Shown here: piece after piece, positions 58,112 through 64,000 of the stretch | How the letters are laid out: each line of letters begins with the position of its first letter | How positions within the stretch are numbered: the stretch's first letter is position 1 | Source: an uncultured Erysipelotrichaceae bacterium | GTDB lineage: Bacteria > Bacillota_I > Bacilli_A > RFN20 > CAG-826 | Length of the DNA: 64,000 bases | Direction: 5' to 3' | NCBI GenBank assembly: GCA_902769185.1 | Contig: CACXNV010000004.1 | Coordinates: 34,499 to 98,498 of the forward strand | Translations under genes and position numbers: made by a program | Notes under the pieces: generated by a model | The model's database searches: none | Told to the model about the DNA's origin: nothing | The model's input: the letters and a program-made list of their open reading frames with translations, nothing else

Positions 58112-59038
58112 TTAATCTTTATTTACTTCTTTGACGATAGAAGCAATAGATCCAATTTTCATCCCATCACTAGGAAGGAAGATCTTAGTGGCTTGGCCAT
58201 CAGCGACTTTAGTAATGGCTTCAAAATATCGAAGCTTTAAAGCAGCTTCACTTGGTTTAGATTCGTTAATTAGTTTCAAACCTTCTGCTTCAGCTTGTTT
58301 GACCATTTTAATGGAGTCTGCTTCAGCTTGTTTGACTTGTCTTAAGCTTTCAGCTTCACCCTCAGCACGTAGAATCGCCATTTGTTTATCAGCTTCAGCT
58401 TTTAAAATTGCGGATTGTTTTTCACCTTCAGCCACTAAAATAGCGGATTGTTTTGCGCCTTCAGCAAGAAGTATTTTTTCTCTTTTTTCACGTTCAGCAC
58501 GCATTTGTTTTTCCATTGCTTCACGTATATCTTTTGGTGGAAGAATATTTTTAACTTCAACACGATTAACTTTAATACCCCAAGGATCGGTTGCTTCATC
58601 AAGAATCTTTCTCATTTTTTCATTAATGATTTCTCTAGAAGTCAAACATTCATCAAGGGCAAGTTCGCCAATAATGTTTCTTAATGTTGTAGCACTTAAA
58701 TAACTAATAGCGCTAAGAGGATCTTCTACACCATAAGCAAATAATTTTGCATCTGTAACTACAAAGAAGACAACCGTATCAATTTCCATTGTAACATTAT
58801 CTTTTGTAATAACTGATTGTGGTTCAAAATCCTTAACTTGTTCCTTCATTGAAACACGCAATGCTACACGATCAAAGAATGGAAGAAGCATGTGGATACC
58901 AACATTCCATGTTGTACGGTAAGCGCCTAATCTTTCGACAATAACTTTTTCAGTTTGTTTGACAATTTTAATGGAGCAGAGAATAACAATTAATAAAATC
59001 GCTCCTAAGATAGATAAGATAACAATTAACGCAATCAT
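58112..59038 (-). CDS. SPFH/band-7 (stomatin/flotillin-like) membrane protein
   Basis: 308 aa with an N-terminal transmembrane helix and an SPFH domain (VKQTEKVIVERLGAY...). The C-terminus carries a repeated AEGEKQSAIL.AEA..Q coiled coil. Confidence 0.8.
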   Translation of the reverse strand: MIALIVILSILGAILLIVILCSIKIVKQTEKVIVERLGAYRTTWNVGIHMLLPFFDRVALRVSMKEQVKDFEPQSVITKDNVTMEIDTVVFFVVTDAKLFAYGVEDPLSAISYLSATTLRNIIGELALDECLTSREIINEKMRKILDEATDPWGIKVNRVEVKNILPPKDIREAMEKQMRAEREKREKILLAEGAKQSAILVAEGEKQSAILKAEADKQMAILRAEGEAESLRQVKQAEADSIKMVKQAEAEGLKLINESKPSEAALKLRYFEAITKVADGQATKIFLPSDGMKIGSIASIVKEVNKD

Positions 59039-59041
59039 ATT

Positions 59042-59491
59042 TTAATCCTCGACTTTCTTAACAATAACTTTGTTTCCGTTTAAGGAGACTACTTCAACTA
59101 TTTCATCTTCCTTGATTGTTTCTTTTTCGTTTGCTGGTATCGCAGTCCAGCTAATATCTCCAATTTTAATAGCTCCTGGGCGAAGAAATGAAATATCTTC
59201 AATTACATATCCTTTTTTACCAATAAAGCTATCAATATTAGTTCTAACAGTGTTCCGTTTAAGATACTTCTTAAATATTGGTCTTAACGCTAATAAGGTG
59301 GAGATAGATATCACGATAAAGATAATTAGTTCTGACCACCAAGGCGCTCCAGGAATAACTGAAACGATTAATGATATTAATGCTCCAAAAGCAAACCAAA
59401 TTGAGATTAATGCTGGTCCACTTGCTTCAATAACAATCATCAAAACGAATAATGATAACCAGATAATCCACATATATTGTTCCATAATCAA
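59042..59491 (-). CDS. NfeD-like membrane protein (SPFH partner)
   Basis: 149 aa with two N-terminal transmembrane helices and a C-terminal OB-fold-like soluble domain. It lies immediately upstream of the SPFH gene, the classic NfeD-SPFH pairing. Confidence 0.65.
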   Translation of the reverse strand: MIMEQYMWIIWLSLFVLMIVIEASGPALISIWFAFGALISLIVSVIPGAPWWSELIIFIVISISTLLALRPIFKKYLKRNTVRTNIDSFIGKKGYVIEDISFLRPGAIKIGDISWTAIPANEKETIKEDEIVEVVSLNGNKVIVKKVED

Positions 59492-59886
59492 TTAGCCTCC
59501 TTTGAAGTATCAATTATCAAATAGTTATTAACGCTATCCCAACTTGAGATAAATCTAATCGGCTTTTTATCAAATTTGATCGATAATTCATCAGCGATTT
59601 GATTCATCAATTGAGTTGAAGAAATTCTTGAAAAACTCTTATGAATTTCTAGTTTTAATAAACAACATTCATCTAATATTCCAGAATCCACTACATCTTT
59701 TGTTAGAGGCTTAACAATAATTTTTTTATCTTCAATCCCCACTTGCACTCGATACGCGTTATCAAAAGGATACATAGCGGTTGTATTTAAAACGATGCTA
59801 TTTATATTTAAAGAAGCAACGCCATTCCGGTCTTTGACATTAAACCATTTGATCATACTTTTCTTCCTTTCAACAAAATTATACAA
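59488..59886 (-). CDS. Hypothetical protein, first gene of the NfeD-SPFH operon
   Basis: 132 aa with no recognised motif. It overlaps the nfeD start by 4 nt. Confidence 0.35.
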   Translation of the reverse strand: MYNFVERKKSMIKWFNVKDRNGVASLNINSIVLNTTAMYPFDNAYRVQVGIEDKKIIVKPLTKDVVDSGILDECCLLKLEIHKSFSRISSTQLMNQIADELSIKFDKKPIRFISSWDSVNNYLIIDTSKEAN

Positions 59887-59919
59887 AAAAATACAATTCG
59901 ATACAATATTAATCGAATA

Positions 59920-59953
59920 AATCGGACAAAAGAAAAGAACGCTTTAAGCGTTC
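59920..59953 (-). terminator. Intrinsic terminator after the rubredoxin gene
   Basis: Minus-strand gaacgcttaaagcgttc followed by ttttcttttg. Confidence 0.5.
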
Positions 59954-59971
59954 CCTCTATGTTAGCCTAGA

Positions 59972-60130
59972 TTATTCAGATTTTTGAAACATGTCTTTAC
60001 CGACGCCACACCATGGGCAAGTAAAGTCTTCTGGAAGATCTTCGAATTTAGTTCCAGGAGCGATTCCCATTTCTGGGCATCCATCATCTTCGTCATAGAC
60101 GAATCCACATGCAGTACAAACGTATTTCAT
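59972..60130 (-). CDS. Rubredoxin
   Basis: 52-aa ORF below the track cutoff: [52 protein letters not shown]. It has the two CxxCG knuckles. A GGAAA-type RBS lies 15 nt after the FDP stop. Confidence 0.85.
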   Translation of the reverse strand: MKYVCTACGFVYDEDDGCPEMGIAPGTKFEDLPEDFTCPWCGVGKDMFQKSE

Positions 60131-60145
60131 TGTGATTTTCCTTTC

Positions 60146-61951
60146 TTATTTTATTGGTTCAAAATCAGCCGCGCCATGTTTACAAAGTGGACAGACAAAA
60201 TCTTCTGGGAGTTCTTCTCCTTCATAGACATAACCGCACACTTTACAGACGTAGCCTTTCTTTTTATTAGTGTCTGGTTTTGGTTTAACATTCGCTTGAT
60301 AATAATTATAAGTCATGGTCTCAACGTTATTGATAATCTTACTTTCAGTAACTGAGCAAATAAACATGCCGTGCGTGTCTAAATCGACATAGCTATCAAC
60401 TTTCAAAGAAATGAAAGCGTTAACATAGTTAGGTAGCACTACTAAACCGTTTTCACTTCTAATAACTTCTTTACCAGCAAATTTATCTTTGTCTTTACCA
60501 GAAACAAAGCCGTACTCTTGGAACACTGAGAAAGGCGCTTCAATATTTAAACAGTTCACATTAAGAACACCAGTCTTTTTGATGATGTTATGAGAATAGT
60601 TAGCTTTATTGATATTTACTGCGACTCTTAAAGGAGAATCGGTTAACTGAGAAACTGTATTAACAATTAAGCCGTTATCTTTAGACCCATCTTTAGAAGT
60701 TACAACATATAAGCCATATCCAATTTTAAATAAAGCTTTTGGATCAAGTTCTGGTTTCTTTTCTTCTTTGATTTCCTTATGAGCTTTATATTCAGCGCAT
60801 AATGTTTCTGCTAAAGCAGAAATTTGAGCTTTATTTTCATCAGTCATCGCAGATAAGATTCTCACTTTTGGTTCCACGATTTCGACATTCTTGCAGCCAG
60901 AGAGTTTATCCGCCATAACTTTAGCCGCCATTGGAGCCCAAGTACCATTTTCAATTAAGCCAATCTTTTTATTTTGGAAGTTACGCTCCACTAAGTGAGC
61001 AATAAAGGTATCCATAAATGGGAAAATACCTGCGTTATAAGTAGTTGTAGCTAAAACAATCTTGCCATATCTAAACGCGTCTTCGACGCATTCAGGCATA
61101 TCATCACGCGCTAAATCGCTACACGCAACCTTTGGACAGCCAAGTCTTTTTAATTCTTCACATAAGAATTCAACTGCCTTTTTAGTGTGCCCATAAACTG
61201 AAGTATAGAAAACTGCTACACCTTCAGATTCAGTTCTATAAGAACTCCATGTATCATATTGTTTTAAATAGTAACCTAAATCATGGTCTAATACTGGTCC
61301 GTGTAATGGACAAATAATTTGAATATCTAAAGTTGCCGCTTTCTTTAATAAAGCTTGCACTTGGGCGCCGTATTTTCCAACGATACCGATATAGTATCTT
61401 CTTGCTTCGCAATCCCATCCTTCAGGATCTTCAACGTCATTGGCGCCAAATTTTCCAAAGCCATCCGCAGAGAATAAGACTTTGTCATAGCTATCATAAG
61501 TGACCATAACTTCTGGCCAGTGCACCATAGGTGCAAAGACAAATGTTAAGACGTGTTTACCTAAATTTAAGGTATCACCTTCATTAACAACAATTCTATT
61601 TTTAATTTCTTCGTGGAAGAATTGTTCCATCATCTTAAAGGTTTTCGCGTTGCCTAAAACTTTTGCACTTGGATATTCCTTTAAGAAGTTCATGATATTC
61701 GCGGAATGGTCTGGTTCCATATGTTGAACCACTAAGATGTCAGGTTTTCTAGCCCCTAACACTTCTTTGATATTGGCTAACCATTCTTTGGTAAAGTGTT
61801 GGTCGACTGTGTCCATAACCACCACTAAGTCATCAACGATGACATAAGAGTTATACGCCATTCCAAGAGGAACAACATATTGACCTTCGAATAAGTCTAC
61901 TTGATGGTCGTTTACACCAACGTAATAGATGTCTTTTGTGACGTTTTTCAT
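60146..61951 (-). CDS. Multidomain flavodiiron protein: FDP core, flavin-reductase-like domain and C-terminal rubredoxin domain
   Basis: The MBL-like diiron domain has HMEPDHSA. A flavodoxin-like domain follows. A flavin-reductase-like segment reads GLIVNTVSQLTDSPLRVAVNINKANYSHNIIKKTGVLNVNCL. The C-terminus reads CKVCGYVYEGEELPEDFVCPLCKHG. The start was set at MKNVTKDIYYVG (61951), which has an AGGAG RBS; the track ORF starts 18 nt earlier. Confidence 0.8.
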   Translation of the reverse strand: MKNVTKDIYYVGVNDHQVDLFEGQYVVPLGMAYNSYVIVDDLVVVMDTVDQHFTKEWLANIKEVLGARKPDILVVQHMEPDHSANIMNFLKEYPSAKVLGNAKTFKMMEQFFHEEIKNRIVVNEGDTLNLGKHVLTFVFAPMVHWPEVMVTYDSYDKVLFSADGFGKFGANDVEDPEGWDCEARRYYIGIVGKYGAQVQALLKKAATLDIQIICPLHGPVLDHDLGYYLKQYDTWSSYRTESEGVAVFYTSVYGHTKKAVEFLCEELKRLGCPKVACSDLARDDMPECVEDAFRYGKIVLATTTYNAGIFPFMDTFIAHLVERNFQNKKIGLIENGTWAPMAAKVMADKLSGCKNVEIVEPKVRILSAMTDENKAQISALAETLCAEYKAHKEIKEEKKPELDPKALFKIGYGLYVVTSKDGSKDNGLIVNTVSQLTDSPLRVAVNINKANYSHNIIKKTGVLNVNCLNIEAPFSVFQEYGFVSGKDKDKFAGKEVIRSENGLVVLPNYVNAFISLKVDSYVDLDTHGMFICSVTESKIINNVETMTYNYYQANVKPKPDTNKKKGYVCKVCGYVYEGEELPEDFVCPLCKHGAADFEPIK

Positions 61952-61953
61952 AA

Positions 61954-62460
61954 TTATGCTCCTATCCAAGCATTAAGCTTGTCATCGATATATTCCACTT
62001 CGCTCCCTTTACAAGCAAAGCCTTTTTTAATTAATGCACCTTTTAAAGAACCCTTGAGTTCAAGCTCTGCTAAGCCTAACGCTCCTTCTTCGTTTGTGGC
62101 GAAAGGATAAACAGTTTTGCCAAGCCAAGAATGATCTTTTATAAAGCTAGCGACAATTCGAGGATAAGTTCTCCACCAACAAGGGAAGCCTAAATAAATC
62201 ACATCATATTCATCTAAAGATGAAAGTGGATTTTTATAAGCAACCTTTTCATTATATTGATCTTCAATTTTACTTCTTTTTACACATTCTTGATAATTGG
62301 TGGGATAAGGAATCTCAGGCTCTAATTTATAAAGCTCGCCACCAGTTTTACTTGCAATCTTTTCTGCGACGATTTCAGTAAAGCCTTTGGTGATAACTTC
62401 CATTTCACCATTAACAGAATTCTCTCCAACTCGAGAGAAATACACGATTAATGTTTTCAT
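61954..62460 (-). CDS. Flavodoxin-like protein
   Basis: Reads MKTLIVYFSRVGEN.... The start was set at the ATG 62460, which has a GAGGT RBS; the track ORF begins at an upstream GTG. Confidence 0.7.
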   Translation of the reverse strand: MKTLIVYFSRVGENSVNGEMEVITKGFTEIVAEKIASKTGGELYKLEPEIPYPTNYQECVKRSKIEDQYNEKVAYKNPLSSLDEYDVIYLGFPCWWRTYPRIVASFIKDHSWLGKTVYPFATNEEGALGLAELELKGSLKGALIKKGFACKGSEVEYIDDKLNAWIGA

Positions 62461-62603
62461 ATATTTTTTTACCTCAATCACTATTATTACAAATTTATAA
62501 TTTTTAATAAACTAGGAATTTAAATATGTACACTAAAATGAATTGTGCACTTTCATACAATAAAAATAGAAATTTAAACAAGAATAGTAAGCTTGGGAGT
62601 TAT

Positions 62604-62951
62604 TTATTTGGTGCGCTTTTCTTCTGCTTTTTCAATTAGATATTTTGTTAATTCATTAGCTTCTGTTTTTAAAATATCTTCTTTGTTTATGTCGCTTTCA
62701 ATTCTGATCTTTTCAATTTTAATAAAATGTCTAAGTAGTGATATAAACGTAATAGTTATGCCGACCCAAGATATAACAAGAGAACAAATAATAAAAATGA
62801 TTCTCGTATCTAAATTAGTTGAAGAAACAAATTTATTAATTAAAAGCATTGAAAAAACTGGGAAAAATAAATTTAAATGCATATATACTGCCGATATAGC
62901 AATTATGGCAGGAGTCCTTGAATTAATTTTATTAGTTTTATTATCTTCCAT
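62604..62951 (-). CDS. Small two-transmembrane-helix membrane protein with a charged C-terminal tail
   Basis: Chosen over the overlapping plus-strand ORF 62593-63018. It is co-directional with the two upstream genes and overlaps the previous gene by 4 bp (ATGA) when started at MEDNKTNK. Confidence 0.3.
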   Translation of the reverse strand: MEDNKTNKINSRTPAIIAISAVYMHLNLFFPVFSMLLINKFVSSTNLDTRIIFIICSLVISWVGITITFISLLRHFIKIEKIRIESDINKEDILKTEANELTKYLIEKAEEKRTK

Positions 62952-62953
62952 AG

Positions 62954-63445
62954 CTAATTTGTCTCCTTTTTGCTCTTTTGCCATTCAGCTTCAAGCATTA
63001 AATTCATATACTCTTTAAACAGCGATAATTCTTCATCGCTAAATATATATTTATCAGTGGCTATAAACTCCATCTTTGACAAAATGTCTTTCAAATAATA
63101 ATTGTATTCATTCCCTTCTAACTTGTTTGTATTCAATCTTGATATCAAATTATACTTGGCTTGAGTAGCTTCAAACATCATTTTATCGTAATAATCTTTA
63201 TCGACTTGTGGCTGACAATAATTATTGATACCAGCGTGTTTTAAATCATACGCTGCCATAATAGTTGAATAATCTTCACGCACTTTATTTAGCCAACGTA
63301 TTCTTTCTTCGGTTACACGTTTGTTATAAGACTCCTTCTTAAATTGAAATATTCCAATAATTGCAGGAACCATTATTCCTGCGATAGATATAATTGAAGT
63401 TATAACAATTGAGACTATATCTATAGAAATACTTTGTATAATCAT
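62954..63445 (-). CDS. Hypothetical membrane-anchored protein
   Basis: 163 aa with one N-terminal transmembrane helix and a soluble Y/K/E-rich domain. It overlaps the LRR gene by 4 nt. Confidence 0.35.
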   Translation of the reverse strand: MIIQSISIDIVSIVITSIISIAGIMVPAIIGIFQFKKESYNKRVTEERIRWLNKVREDYSTIMAAYDLKHAGINNYCQPQVDKDYYDKMMFEATQAKYNLISRLNTNKLEGNEYNYYLKDILSKMEFIATDKYIFSDEELSLFKEYMNLMLEAEWQKSKKETN

Positions 63446-63942
63446 CCCTTATACCCCCAAACTATAGAACCAGAAAAGCCATAATTCCAATCAGATGCCC
63501 AACCTGATGGTTTTGTGTTTGCGCGGCAGTAGACTGTACAAATACAGTTATAGAAAGCATCAGAACCAATTGAGGTGACGCTATTTGGAATGGTGATGGA
63601 TGTTAAGGATGTGCAATCACAGAAAGCATGATTGCCAATTGAAGTGACACTATTAGGAATGGTGATAGATGTTAATGATGAGCATCCACGGAAAGCGCTA
63701 TTATCAATTGAGGTGACGCTATTTGGAATGGTGATGGATGTTAAGGATGTGCAATCACAGAAAGCATGATTGCCAATTGAGGTAACACTATCTGGAATGG
63801 TGATAGATGTTAAAGAATTGCAGTTGTAGAAAGCATAATTACCAATTGAGGTAACACTATTAGGGATGGCAATCTCAGTTATTTCGTTTCCGTTTAGTTC
63901 AATTAAATGAACATTGCCTTCTAAAGCATCTTTTCCTTCCAT
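63442..63942 (-). CDS. Short BspA/TpLRR-type leucine-rich-repeat protein (LRR_5 family)
   Basis: 166 aa with five 23-aa repeats [23 protein letters not shown]. No signal peptide. The W/G/Y-rich C-terminus reads [23 protein letters not shown]. Confidence 0.65.
   Translation of the reverse strand: MEGKDALEGNVHLIELNGNEITEIAIPNSVTSIGNYAFYNCNSLTSITIPDSVTSIGNHAFCDCTSLTSITIPNSVTSIDNSAFRGCSSLTSITIPNSVTSIGNHAFCDCTSLTSITIPNSVTSIGSDAFYNCICTVYCRANTKPSGWASDWNYGFSGSIVWGYKG
63490..63900. repeat. 69-bp tandem repeats, coding (the LRR units)
   Basis: Near-identical 69-nt units are visible at the nucleotide level (ggaatggtgatggatgttaaggatgtgcaatcacagaaagcatgattgccaattgaggtgac...). Confidence 0.6.
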
Positions 63943-64000
63943 ACTTATGAATTTTTCAATAGAGGATACACAAATATATGTATCTGTTAGGGATGTGCAG

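Noticed and set aside
62593-63018. Plus-strand 141-aa ORF overlapping the minus-strand 62604-62984 ORF
   Set aside because: The minus-strand ORF is co-directional with, and overlaps by 4 bp, the two upstream genes, and has transmembrane helices plus a charged tail. The plus-strand ORF has no RBS and is anti-sense to the local operon. Both are low-confidence.
63490-63900. Tandem repeats considered as a CRISPR array
   Set aside because: The 69-bp units are in-frame coding LRR repeats with no spacer-like unique segments. No cas genes are present.
1-64000. Possibility of the Mycoplasma/Spiroplasma genetic code (TGA = Trp)
   Set aside because: Long conserved genes (alaS, parC, dnaK, lepA) are uninterrupted under the standard code and end at TGA, TAA or TAG. 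TGA codons are not seen inside conserved domains.

Overview
This 64-kb window comes from a very AT-rich chromosome (roughly 30% GC by eye) of a low-GC Bacillota organism, possibly Erysipelotrichia- or Mollicutes-related. It uses the standard genetic code: TGA acts as a stop and the long ORFs are intact. Anaerobe-style redox genes are present (rubredoxin, a flavodiiron protein, flavodoxin). The backbone is a mosaic of housekeeping blocks, each of which is contiguous in the Bacillus subtilis yqe/yqf/yrr region: xseB-dxs; yqeG-yqeH-yhbY-nadD/yqeK; plsY-parE-parC with yneF and efp; ispG-nfo-ispH-nif3-trmK-sigA-dnaG-glyQS-recO-era-cdd-ybeY; dnaJ-dnaK-grpE-hrcA (with tandem CIRCE operators)-hemW-lepA; fmt; rpsT-holA-comEC-comEA; greA; and yrzB-ruvX-alaS with a T-box leader. 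Non-core or unusual genes sit at the seams between these blocks: a C39-peptidase membrane protein whose upstream region carries the same 50-bp element as comEA; a degenerate-motif Fic-like protein with an adjacent small acidic membrane protein; a GT4 glycosyltransferase flanked by perfect 24-bp direct repeats; a RecB-like nuclease fused to an XPD/DinG-like helicase; a stand-alone adenylation-carrier protein (A-PCP) didomain next to a metallophosphoesterase; a split ChrA pair; a frameshifted Crp/Fnr regulator with a Crp box; an ABC importer lacking an ATPase; an SPFH/NfeD operon; a flavodoxin-FDP-rubredoxin operon; and, at the window edge, a cluster encoding a short BspA-type LRR protein with 69-bp tandem repeats and two small membrane proteins. 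No CRISPR array, tRNA or rRNA was found. One ribosomal protein gene (rpmG) and a rubredoxin gene fall below the ORF-track size cutoff.
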